Shown here piece after piece: positions 1-10,672 of a stretch of DNA of 64,000 bases; within the stretch, counting starts at the first letter, position 1; the number at the start of each line of letters is the position of its first letter. The stretch covers positions 364,808,001 to 364,872,000 of the forward strand of contig OZ024742.1 in NCBI GenBank assembly GCA_964016885.1, read 5' to 3'. This stretch comes from Eledone cirrhosa. Its lineage: Eukaryota. A program made the translations under genes and the position numbers. Under the pieces are notes generated by a model, which was not told the origin of the DNA, ran no database searches, and saw only the letters and a list, made by a program, of their open reading frames with translations.

Positions 1-580
1 TCTATCTCTCCCCCTCTCTCACTCCATCTCTATCTTCCTGTCCCACTCTATCTCTCCCCCTCTCTCACTCCATCTCTATCTTTCTGTCCCACTCTATCTC
101 TCCCCCTCTCTCACTCCATCTCTGTCTTCCTGTCCCACTCTATCTCCCCACCCTCTCTCACTCCATCTCTATCTTCCTGCCCCACTCTATCTGCCCCCCT
201 CTCTCACTCCATCTATGTCTTCCTGCCCCACTCTAACTCCATCTCTATCTTCCTGCCCCACTCTATCTCTCCCCCTCTCTCACTGCATCTCTATCTTCCT
301 GCCCCACTCTATCTCTCCCCCTCTCTCACTCCATCTCTATCTTCCTGCCCCACTCTATCTCTCCCCCTCTCTCACTCCATCTCTATCTTTCTGTCCCACT
401 CTATCTCTCCCCCTCTCTCACTCCATCTCTGTCTTCCTGTCCAACTCTATCTCCCCCCCCCTCTCTCACTCCATCTCTATCTTCCTGCCCCACTCTATCT
501 GTCCCCCTCTCTCACTCCATCTCTATATTCCTGCCCCACTCTAACTCCATCTCTATCTTCCTGCCCCACTCTATCGCTAC
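1..580. repeat. 46-bp pyrimidine-rich minisatellite, running off the window start
   Basis: Unit TCTATCTCTCCCCCTCTCTCACTCCATCTCTATCTTCCTGTCCCAC recurs at positions 1, 47, 93 and onward, with occasional shorter ~30-bp variants. ORF 215-544 is its translation. Confidence 0.95.
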
Positions 581-736
581 CTCTGTCTCTGTCTTTCATC
601 CTCTTCATTCCTCCCTCACTCTCTCTCTCTCTATTTATATAATTTCTCTGACCATCTTACCTGTCTGTGTGTCTACATCTATCTGCTCACGTATAACATA
701 ATGTCGTTGTACTTGTACATACATAAAACATTGTAC

Positions 737-799
<63 letters not shown>

Positions 800-814
800 T
801 ATATATAATATTAT

Positions 815-870
<56 letters not shown>

Positions 871-886
871 ATATATATAATATTAT

Positions 887-937
<51 letters not shown>

Positions 938-952
938 TATATATAATATTAT

Positions 953-986
<34 letters not shown>
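737..986. repeat. Compound (TA)n microsatellite with repeated ATAATATTATTAC and CACAC spacers
   Basis: Direct reading. The same compound unit recurs at ~1495-1580. Confidence 0.95.
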
Positions 987-987
<1 letters not shown>

Positions 988-988
<1 letters not shown>

Positions 989-1493
989 TATGAAGAGAGA
1001 AGAAACATTTAGATATAATTAGTAATAAAATGTATCATACCTAAACTGTTCCTAAATTCCTCGACTACGTAGTTTCGTGGCATAAACAAAAACAATATAT
1101 CAAAGATATAGAGTCCTTGCGAGGTCTGCCGACTTATCAAGAGGATACCTCATTTTACTAGTCTCAAGAACGCGTCTACACGACGTGAGAAAGAATCCCA
1201 AAAGGCGGAGGGGGAGACAGTCACGCGATATAACGGTCGAGAAACAGAGCTAAGCCTCTTATAACCCCGAAGAAAATACCACGGAGGCGGAGGGGGTATT
1301 CACATCGAGGCCGCAGAAGAGGTAGTGAAGAAGGCGAGAAGTATGAGTAATGGAAGCTTTCCAGTTGTCCCCACACTTCAAAGATTGCTCGACCAGAGGG
1401 AGTTATTAATATATTTAGAAACACACAGATACATGCGGACACACACATATATACATGAATGCATCCGCATATCTGTGTGTTTCTAAATATATT
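988..1493 (-). mobile_element. Short Penelope-like pLTR/3' remnant with a hammerhead and a terminal fold-back, inserted in (TA)n
   Basis: Hammerhead motif at 1058-1145 (-), ~30-bp inverted repeat 1408-1439/1464-1493, and the same compound TA tract on both sides. PLE identity is inferred from architecture only. Confidence 0.5.
1058..1145 (-). ncRNA. Type I hammerhead ribozyme motif, U3-A8 core variant
   Basis: Minus strand reads TCCTC-TTGATAA-GTCGGCA...TGCCAC-GAAA-CTACGTAG-TC-GAGGA. Stem I is TCCTC/GAGGA, stem II is closed by G-C, stem III is the palindrome ACTACGTAGT, and the cleavage triplet is GUC. Confidence 0.75.
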
Positions 1494-1527
<34 letters not shown>

Positions 1528-1542
1528 TATATATAATATTAT

Positions 1543-1584
<42 letters not shown>

Positions 1585-2042
1585 AAGAGTACCGCTACGA
1601 TACATAATTTCTAATACAAAGTACATAAATGCTCTCTGATTTGCCTAAACATAGAAATGACCCAGCAGATAGGCAAATAAGAGAGGCCAGTGAAATAGAA
1701 CTTAGAAGGCCAAGGCTAAACAGAAAGAATGAATGGAATAACAACACCCAAACAAACAACACTGACCTAAGAGAAGTATAAATAAATAAATAGATAAATA
1801 AATAAATACATACATACACTAGCACAATAACAACAAACACATATAAACACTCACTAGTAAAGATAGAATACATTAACCAATACACAGTCACCCAATCGCG
1901 AACACACATCAAACAAAACACTATACACACACGCAAACGCATGCGCAAAGAAGACAAAATAAAATAGACAAATAAATAAATATATAAACAGACTAAATAA
2001 AGATGGCGTAGAAAATACAATGCAACGGGAGGAAACAATAGC

Positions 2043-2084
2043 ACCACTGACGATGTTGCAGATGTGCAACGAAAGAACTTTGAT
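2043..2084 (+). ncRNA. Minimal type I hammerhead-like motif, partly decayed
   Basis: ACCA-CTGACGA-T-GTTGCA(GATG)TGCAAC-GAAA-GAAC-TT-TGAT. Core boxes are intact and stem II is a perfect 6 bp. Stems I and III are imperfect. Confidence 0.55.
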
Positions 2085-2331
2085 AAACTATTTATATGTG
2101 TTTGTGTCTATATTATATCTGTATTATTTTTGACCGCCGGTCAGTCAATGGCAACATTGAGGACCGAATAAATTAGATTACCGATATAAAAGACACAGAA
2201 GCGAAAATCGTAAACCAACCAAACAGTGAGTGTGTTCTGTTATTAATTCTGGCAATATTACACAAATATGACCCTCCCCAAGTATAACAATATTTGTTTC
2301 GACACACGATTTCATATAAAAAACCTCGCAA

Positions 2332-2378
<47 letters not shown>

Positions 2379-3177
2379 CACACACACACACAGTGTGTTG
2401 AAATCATTTATTTATTTTCTTGCGAGAATCTATTCTACTTTTCAAACAAAGTACCAATTCGTAATTCTTCAATTCTTCTGTAGTTATCTGGGAATGTGTT
2501 CTATTCTATATTTGAACGCGATATTGATTTCAAATAGTTACATACAAAAATAGGTAATGTTTAAAGTGAAAATGGTGTTTGGTCAGGCGGGGGAGTGATA
2601 CGCGGCAATATGCGTTCTATTCATTCTTTATTCAGCATATAACAAATGTTTAATTGTCTCCAAATTCCTATAGAAAAATAAGCAAAGATGGTACTATTCT
2701 CACCTGAGGCATGTTTCTCTAACCAAGAATCCTACGTAAATCGAAACAATAGATGATAAGATTGTAGAAGTAAAACAGGTCGATAGTATTTTTTGAAACT
2801 ATTGGATTAATACTCGAAATAATAATCATTCTTCCTTTTTACATCGATCACGCTGTGGCGTGTTTTTATCGATAAAGTAATCAACCATGATTTAAAGAGA
2901 GGATGGTGTAGGGGTAAATTGCAGAGAAGGGAATTATAATTTTTGGTTTGTTTTATGAAGATTTAAGAAAATTTAAAAATGTTATCTCTCTGAAAATAAG
3001 CCAAAAGATAGATGAACAGTAAATATCTGGATACACAGGAAACTCCTGGTAGATTCGGGGGAGGACCGTGTCTTGCGCCATCATAAACCTCACAGATTCT
3101 ACACACTCTGAAGGTCGCAGAACAACCGATTTCTTCTAAAGGAGTTGTGAAAGTGGGGAAAAGCAAGGATCCTCCAT

Positions 3178-3363
3178 ATGTGTATGTGTGTGCGCGCGTG
3201 TGTGTGCGTGTGTCTGCGTGCATGTGTGTGTATGTGTGTGTGTATATATATGTGTGTGGCTGTGTGTGTGTGTGTATCTGTGGTTGTGTGTGTATGTATG
3301 TGTGTGTGTATGTGTGTGTGGGTGTGTGGGTGTGTGTGCGTGCGTGCGTGTGTGTGTGTGTGT
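3178..3363. repeat. Degenerate (GT)n microsatellite
   Basis: Direct reading. Confidence 0.9.
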
Positions 3364-3749
3364 TCCAAGGCCCCATAACCTGTAGAAAAGGCAACTAACC
3401 AACTAACCTAGAGGATGGAGAACTCTTTCACAAAAGTCTGAGTTATGTATTTCATTGATTTTATGGCAAACATTTGCACCAGCTTTGTACTATAAGCATT
3501 TCCAACTTGTGTGGCTGGTTCTATACAGGCCTATACCACAGAAACACGAATTATCTGTGAGGGTAGTCTAATAAATATAATATTACTCCTATAATTACAT
3601 CGCTATTCAATATTCCACCTAAATAAAACAAACATGTCCACCATGAAATGAGTTAAGTTGACAGAAACCAGTAAAATATATTAATGGCAGTTCCTAGGGA
3701 AGGATCTACACAGTGGTAGTCATTGACTGAGATCCGTTCATGCTGAGTT

Positions 3750-3925
3750 TCTTGAAAAGTCAATTTCATCGACCCTAGTACATGACTGGTACTTTATTTT
3801 ATCTTCTCACGAAAGGAGAAATGGGAAATTAGTCACCGGTGGGATTTGAACTCAGAACATAAAGCCCCGGTAAAATAGTGCTACCCATTTGTCTGACGTT
3901 TCCACCAATGCAACACCCCTCAGCA
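3750..3925 (-). mobile_element. Diverged tRNA-derived SINE copy
   Basis: Shares ACTGGTACTTTATTTTATC...GGGATTTGAACTCAGA with the copies at 3928, 5012 and 13494. Confidence 0.6.
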
Positions 3926-3927
3926 AT

Positions 3928-4118
3928 AATAATTGTTTCTACTTTTGGCACAAGGCCAGCAATTACCCAGTGCATTACTGGTACTTTATTTTATCTACCC
4001 CCTAAGGATGAAAGGCAAAGTTAACCTTGGCGGGATTTGAGCTCAGACCGTAAAGGGACGTAACTATGCTGGAAAGCATGGCGTCCGACCTTCTAGTGAT
4101 ACTGCCAATCCCTCGCCC
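3928..4118 (-). mobile_element. tRNA-derived SINE, near full length, with a central block resembling the Meta domain
   Basis: Minus strand shows an A-box-like TTGGCAGT, a B-box-like GAGCTCAAATCCC (GAGTTCAAATCCC in sister copies), the conserved block GCCTTTCATCCTT..GGGGT(C/A)GATAAAATAAAGTACCAG, the tail GCTGGCCTTGTGCCAAAAGTAGAAAC and an (ATT)n end. Several copies occur in the window. Confidence 0.8.
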
Positions 4119-4129
4119 TATGTCAGCAA

Positions 4130-4256
4130 TAATAATGATTTCTGATTTAGCCACAAAGCCAACAGTTTTGGTGTAGGGAATGTCGATTAAATCGATCCAG
4201 TGTATCACTGGTGCTTTATTTTATCGACCCCGTATGGATGAAAGGCAAGGTTGTCA
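4130..4256 (-). mobile_element. 5'-truncated copy of the same SINE
   Basis: Contains ACTGGTGCTTTATTTTATCGACCCCGTATGGATGAAAGGCAAG and is flanked by GTCAGCAATAATAATG on both sides (TSD-like). Confidence 0.7.
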
Positions 4257-4599
4257 GCAATAATAATGTAATTGATTCGATTTCTAAACGACTATAAGTG
4301 CCTCAGGTCTCTCTTGAACCGCACTGAAAGGAGTTTCAAGATGCGATAAATCAAATGTCATCCAACAATCCCCTTGGTGTAAATGACATACCAGCCGTAA
4401 TATCAAAATACGAAGTCATCTCAAGAGATGGACACGTGTACCACCAGAATACAAAGATGCATCAATGAATTATCTTTTCAAAATATAGAAGGAATTTGGT
4501 CTGGAATTACTCAAGCGCCATGACTTCTCAGAATTGCTGATAAACTCCTAGCAAGAGTATTGTTTAACAGGCTAATTTAAAATGCTACCCAGAGCCAAT

Positions 4600-4945
4600 A
4601 TAGTTTTAGATCAGGCAGCGGATGTTTTCACTGTGTCAATGTGCTGCGCCGGTTTGACTGAAACCTTATAATCTATATGATCTTATTGATCATATCTTTC
4701 AACACTGTCAACAGAAATGTTCTCTAGAGAGATCTAAAAAGATAGATATAGTGATAAAATGATAAATATTTCAGACTCTTTCGACATTTTGGACTGCACA
4801 CAACAAGGCTGTCATCACACCTGTTCTTTTTGCGATTTCTTATTTTCAGTCATGCTGTAACAGGTGATCTTGATTCATGCGCACAATCAAAATCCTTACC
4901 AGTGGTGGACTTTTCAGTCTATACCGATTTAAAGCAAACATATTT
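4600..4945 (+). pseudogene. Highly decayed RTE-type LINE reverse transcriptase fragment
   Basis: Remnants resemble RTE RT motifs: ..QQGC.. (caacaaggctgtcat) followed by LF.IF.FSVML and G.LFSL.RFKA (ggacttttcagtctataccgatttaaagca). Frameshifted. Confidence 0.4.
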
Positions 4946-5011
4946 GTCCGAATGATACGTAGAATTGTATTTTCACATTAGGCTGCACATAAGCAGAATA
5001 ACTGGTTAATA

Positions 5012-5205
5012 TAATGGTTACTACTTTTGGCACAAGACCAGCAATTAGCCAGTACATTACTGGTATATTATTTGATCGACCCCGTAAGGATGAAAGGCAA
5101 AGTTAACCTCGGCGGGATTTGAACTCAGATCACAAAGGACCGTGACTCTTTCCTGCAAAGCATGGGGTGAGACCATCTACCAATACTGCTAATCCAATGC
5201 CAATC
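5012..5205 (-). mobile_element. tRNA-derived SINE copy
   Basis: Colinear with 3928-4118 (GATCGACCCCGTAAGGATGAAAGGCAAAGTTAACCTCGGCGGGATTTGAACTCAG). Confidence 0.8.
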
Positions 5206-5540
5206 ACTGGTTAATATTATGCGAGTAAAACTCGCGGTCTCACCGTCAGCATTAAAATTAGCGAAGACTTCTATTAGCCAAACATTCTACCCAAGTAAAT
5301 CGTGGGTAAAAATAAAAAGTAACAACCAATTATTAAACTCACTACCAGACCTATCATCATCAATGTCAAAATCTAGCCTCCTGTCCAATGTGTGGTCTAA
5401 TCTGCAAAGCTATTGGCTGGATTAAATTCTAATAAAGGAAACTCGTAGTAAGAAAAACACGATGATGTAGGACATTCATTCGTTGAAATCGACAGGAAAA
5501 TCCGTTAATTTATATCCATACATACATATTAAGGAATCCA

Positions 5541-5608
5541 AGGGTCTGATGAGCGTTTGATACGAATCGTACCTTGAGCTGATCAATGGCGAAACGCACG
5601 TCACACCT
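5541..5608 (+). ncRNA. Type I hammerhead ribozyme motif
   Basis: AGGGT-CTGATGA-GCGTTTGAT...ATCAATGGC-GAAA-CGCACG-TC-ACACCT. Canonical core, G-C closed stem II, near-palindromic stem III, GUC triplet with C17 at 5602. Confidence 0.75.
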
Positions 5609-5678
5609 GAATAAACTTAATGATGATAATCTGACACCTCGTTCTAACTCAACATACACATACACACCTACACACACA

Positions 5679-5718
<40 letters not shown>

Positions 5719-5784
5719 TGTGTGTGTAGGTGTGTATGTGTAGGTGTGTATGTCCTTTCAACTAAACTGTATCCATTCAAATCT

Positions 5785-5787
<3 letters not shown>

Positions 5788-5855
<68 letters not shown>
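5788..5855. repeat. (TA)n microsatellite
   Basis: Direct reading. Further pure (TA)n tracts lie at ~6578-6642, 6706-6750, 8560-8618 and 14780-14820. Confidence 0.95.
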
Positions 5856-5858
<3 letters not shown>

Positions 5859-6572
5859 GCTTTTATTTGTACAAAGTGCAGTAAAGTTACGTCAGATGTA
5901 AAATGTGAATTGTAAAGAAGTTAGACGAGAGCCAATGTAACTTTATCCATTCAGGTATTTGACTTTATTTACAGGAAGTTATTGTCATTGGCGGGGGAAA
6001 AACATGTAAAGTCTGTATGAATATGGACAGCATTGCTCCACGTGACGTTTAACTAATTCTTAATTCTATTCTCAATGAAATACTCTAATGGCAGTCAACA
6101 GGATTATTCATCAGCGTTTGATATGATATTTTTTTATCTTTTGCTGAATTCAAATTGTTACAGTCTGTGAAAGCATTTCAAATGTCATTTTTTCAGTCTA
6201 TTTTTATATGATTCCTCTTCAATACCATCAGATTTTATTGATTTTGCTGGCGTTTTATGTCTCTGTTTGCCAGAAAACTGCGAGTTACTTCTATAACTGA
6301 ACTGCGTTGTGAAATAAATATGTTAGTCAAACAGCTGTCCTCAGTAACACAGGCTCCACTATATACACGGGGTTAAAATGTAGCTAACTTTATGAGAGAT
6401 ATACCGACTAAAACACGTTCATGGTTAAAATTATCTGTTCACGTTCGTATAAATATATATACGTGTGTGTGTGTGCGTGTGTGTGTGTGTGTGTCCGTAT
6501 TTATGGGACATATATGTGAATGTATGTATATATATGTATATATAGAAACGAAAGCTACATACATGAATATGC

Positions 6573-6645
<73 letters not shown>

Positions 6646-6704
6646 AAGGTTAAACAGATATAACAACACAATCGTTACAGTATATAGAAGGAATAATATA
6701 TCAG

Positions 6705-6753
<49 letters not shown>

Positions 6754-6798
6754 AATATGTAATAGGAAAAGAGTCAGGACCCCGACGGCTGAGCTCCG

Positions 6799-6850
6799 GC
6801 CGTTTCGACAGCTATTTCTGAAATAGTTCAGAAATAGCTGTCGAAACGGC
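6799..6850. repeat. Perfect hairpin with 24-bp arms and a 4-nt loop, built from half of a hammerhead
   Basis: GCCGTTTCGACAGCTATTTCTGAA-atag-TTCAGAAATAGCTGTCGAAACGGC. 6762-6822 is an inverted homolog of ~12347-12405. Confidence 0.9.
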
Positions 6851-6889
6851 ATATTTATAAGATCAAAAGATGGTTAAAAGAGTTCCAAG

Positions 6890-6960
6890 TATTTTATTAT
6901 GCGCATTTCAAAAACAAATATCATCATGGGATGATATTTGCGTTCTCATCAGATAAAATA
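6890..6960 (-). ncRNA. Type I hammerhead ribozyme motif (best preserved in the window)
   Basis: Minus strand reads TATTTTAT-CTGATGA-GAACGCAAATATCATC(CCAT)GATGATATTTGTTTTT-GAAA-TGCGCA-TA-ATAAAATA. 8-bp stem I, 16-position stem II with one mismatch and G-U pairs, palindromic stem III ATGCGCAT, AUA triplet. Confidence 0.85.
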
Positions 6961-7149
6961 GGGAGACATGATATGAAGCTTATATATTTATTTATATATA
7001 TATATATATATATAATCAAGCGTTAACCTAATATATACATTCCATATACTGTACCGATTGTGTTGTTATTTCTGTTTACCTTTTACACATATATATACTT
7101 TGACCACAAAAGTCCGGTGGGGGCTGGTAAGAACTGAATCAGGTATTCT

Positions 7150-7420
7150 TCGATGGATGCATAATGGTTGTGAGCATTAGTGACATAGCATAAACTAAGG
7201 GAACATGTTGGTATAAGAGGAATTGGATGCAGTTTATAAGAGAGTTATAATAGTGGCTAGGACTAGTGACAGAGACAGACCAGGAAAAACATGGGATGAA
7301 TCTGTGAAGACGAGTTTAAGCACCCAAACGTTACAACAGAGATTATAAAGTACCTCGTGGTCTGGCGTTGTTTTGCTAGCGAAGACCCGGCCAACCGCAT
7401 ACAATGTGACATGACTTATC
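7150..7420 (+). mobile_element. Decayed RTE-type LINE 3' end
   Basis: Translation remnant RDRPGKTWDESVKTSL resembles the RTE C-terminal RGRP.KTW...V..DL motif. Confidence 0.4.
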
Positions 7421-8546
7421 AACGTGTCTCCACTTGCACTGCATAGCAGCTATGCATAATTTCACTCCACTCCATCCATGCACCTTCCGGCAATTACTTA
7501 GATACCCTCACTATCACATCATACTATCTATATTGTACACTGAGGTGGCTAAGGCAGGAAGCGAAACTTGCTGTAGCGACCATGCCTACAAAATGTCTCA
7601 GAGGATCCTTCATTTATCTCACGGTCCGACAACCTCGAAAGTCTTGGTGACCCACAAAATAAACGCCCACAGTACATGCTGTAAAATGCTTGGTGATAGG
7701 AAAGAATTTCAACCGTAGAAGGCTTTCAAAAGAAAGGGCTGTGAGTACCATCCACGTTTCAGAGACATGGCAGTTTTCCTAGGGATAGCGTTTACACAAT
7801 AAACAAACTCAGTTGACGCTGTAACGTACTTGATGAGAGGAAGAACATCCAGCCATAGAAGGCTTGCCAAATATAGGGGTGGGCGGATCCTTCATTTGCG
7901 TCAAATATATAACGCCCTCTCCCGTACACTTAGTAGAATATAACTGTCAATAAGCGAGAGGCCTGTCTAGAATGTAAGTAGCCCCTCTTCAGTTTTGAGT
8001 TGGTCTATATAGACACATCCAACCCTTTCTAATAGGGAAAGCAGACATTAAACTATGATGATCATGATATTTCTGTTCTAATCGAACATAATACGAAATG
8101 CCGTTCAAATTTGCATTTAAAATGCAGAAGGATAACTGCAGCGATTTATGTGACATTTTTCAGATCGGACGCTACAGACGCAGCTGTTAAACATTTTAAA
8201 CATCAAAGATCAATACCAATTCACATTACAATATGAGACCATTACATTGAAAGTTAAAGATTATAAAAAAAAGAAATATTATACTATAACATTCATATTA
8301 TTCTCTATTATGTAATGGCATTTTATTCCTCACACACACACACACACAAACACACACAGAGGCACATATATAGATACACACACATACACACATATATATA
8401 TATATATATATATGGATAGATAAATATATACATACACATATAAATATATATCGATATTCAGATTGATAGATGGATTTACGCACATATGTACATACACACA
8501 AACAAACACATAGTATATATATATATATATATACATATATTTATAT

Positions 8547-8625
<79 letters not shown>

Positions 8626-10660
8626 GGAGGTCAAGCAAGTATACTAGGGAGAAGGAGGGGGAGGAAGTCGAAACAATAAGTAAATCAATATGGAGTAAAT
8701 ATATAGAAATACCAAGAATGTTAAAAATATGAAAAAACAATTTGTGGTTACTATTCACTAACCACAGTCATCAAGTCTGTTACTGGTACTGCTAAACTAT
8801 AGAAAAGTTTACTAGGTGGGACGGAATTGTAGTGAGACCATTTTAAGAGTTAGTAGTAATCAACCGAGTATATCTTACGGTGACAGGTCAACAAGTGGGG
8901 GACCAAAATACTAAAGAAACTACCACGAAATAATAATTCAGAGTCCCAAAACTAATACGAAATAAATGTTTCCCCCTCAGGCACAAGGCCAGCAGCAAAC
9001 CAGACGCAAAAAATAAACTAATACGAAATAATAATTCAGAATCACGAAAATGAATACTAATACTATCTCTAAGGCTGCCGTTACGATACAAAGATTCTAG
9101 TGCAAACTACATAAATGCTCGTACGAAGTATATGAACAATTTGATACAGGAATTTAATTCAGAATCCCCCCCCCCAAAAAAAAAAATACTGATATACGAG
9201 AAATTAAAGCAGAGATACCACTAAGAAATGTAGAAAGCACGGAAATGGGGCAGCCATCGGATAAGAAAGCAAGTATCTGGGATCTATCACATCTGCTATA
9301 AAAGCGGAGTCGGCCAATTCTATCATAGAATACGGGATGGGGTTAGGGGTACTTAGGCTACAAAGGACCGAGGGGCTGCCTCGGGTGGGCGAGAAAGTGA
9401 AAAGGACGATGACAAAGAAGGAGGACTGGGGTGGAAGGACTAGGAAGGGATGGGGTAAGAAGAAAATATAGAGGAAACGATAAAAAGATATAAAAGAAGG
9501 TCTTACGTCTACCTTTGCAAGCATGGGTTACCCATTACAAAGTCGGTAAGTAGGGTGTTACAGCCCTTGTCTGACCCCCCCCCCGGGTAATTATGGGGTT
9601 TGCGGGCGAGGTAAGTCCTACGCAATCTGAGTTTGCATGCAGTTACCAGTTCGTCTTTCTTGTTTAGGAGTTGGTCCGTCGAAAATAGCATTTGTAAAGT
9701 TTCCTCCGAGCATAAATTGCACGGACGGCGTCCTCCCGTGTAAGAGTTGGCTCTGGACAGTAAGCTCCAAGTGAGATCATAGGTAATATTGTTATCTTTG
9801 AGGTCCCAGATGTGGCACGAAAGTGTGGTGGCGTGACGCCGGGCCGGGTTTCGGAAAGTATGTCTGTGTTGGTATAGCCACGTCTTGAAGTCACATGCGG
9901 TTAATCCTATATAAGCTTTGTTGGAGGTGTCCGTCATCACGTTGCACTGGTAGATCACATTACGATCTCTGCATCTGTTTTCGAGGGGGGGAAATGATCC
10001 ATCAGGACAGTTGCACCTCCTGGTCGGCTCTCCATGCTATTTAGGTTATTTCTTCCATAGGGGTTGAGTTTTTTGTTGTTAGATGAGACGATGTTTTGTG
10101 CAAAGTTTGGTGTGGTGCTGTGGGAGAGTTTGATGGTATTTTTGTTGATTATGTTGTGGTAGCGGTGTTGTAGTGGGAAGTGTTTTTCGATGAGCCTAAA
10201 GAAGATTTTCCCGATAGGGGTTGTCACCTCGGCGTTGTGGGGAGCATTGAACCACGTTACATTGCGTGAGCGGCGGTGTCGCCTGCTGGTTTCGCTAATG
10301 GAAGCTGGACAGTAGGATATTTCCTCCCGGAAGCCCCTCCGCTTGAGGGCCTGGTTGTAATAGGGCGCATGTTCCTCGAATATCTGCTCATTAGCGGACA
10401 AACGAGATGTGCGGAGGGAGATGTTTTTAACCAGGTTATTGGTGATGTTCCCAGGATGGTTTGACCGGCGGTGGATGTAGTGCAGGTTGTCGTTGGGTTT
10501 CCTGTATGGGTAGTACAGATCATTATCGAGGTCAAGAGTAACGTCCAGGAAGTTTACTCGGGTCAGGGACGTCTGTAGGGTTATTTTAAAACCCCAGTCG
10601 CGGAAGAAGCTGATTAATTGTTTACGGACCCGGTCTGTACTACTGGGGTTGTACCCTTTA
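8626..10660 (-). mobile_element. Penelope-like element (PLE), 5'-truncated, probably Naiad-type: RT C-terminus, linker, GIY-YIG endonuclease and 3' pLTR
   Basis: Minus-strand translation includes VNFLDVTLDL..YRKPND..YIHRRSNHP, LSANEQIFEEHAPYYNQALKRRGF, RRSRNVTWFNAP..KHFP..NTIKLS, then VIYQCNV..AYIGLT..FKT..QH..TTLS.HIW.LKD..CNLCSEE. Frameshifted. Confidence 0.9.
9509..10620 (-). pseudogene. PLE ORF remnant (RT thumb plus GIY-YIG endonuclease), frameshifted
   Basis: ORF track 9955-10401 and 9509-9958, plus the upstream in-frame RT segment. Confidence 0.85.
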
Positions 10661-10672
10661 AGGGTAAGGGTT

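Larger units (their letters stand above)
6642..7088 (-). mobile_element. Small non-autonomous element with ~55-bp imperfect terminal inverted repeats carrying a hammerhead, embedded in (TA)n
   Basis: 6642-6700 (TGTAAAGGTTAAACAGATATAACAACACAATCGTTACAGTATATAG) is the reverse complement of ~7035-7088. Internal hammerhead at 6890-6960. Confidence 0.55.

Noticed and set aside
5340-5410. Possible minus-strand micro-exon (TTTGCAG..LDHTLDRRLDFDIDDDRSG..GTGAGT)
   Set aside because: Splice-like signals are present, but there is no recognisable protein, the polypyrimidine tract is weak, and no other exons are supported. RNA-seq would be needed.
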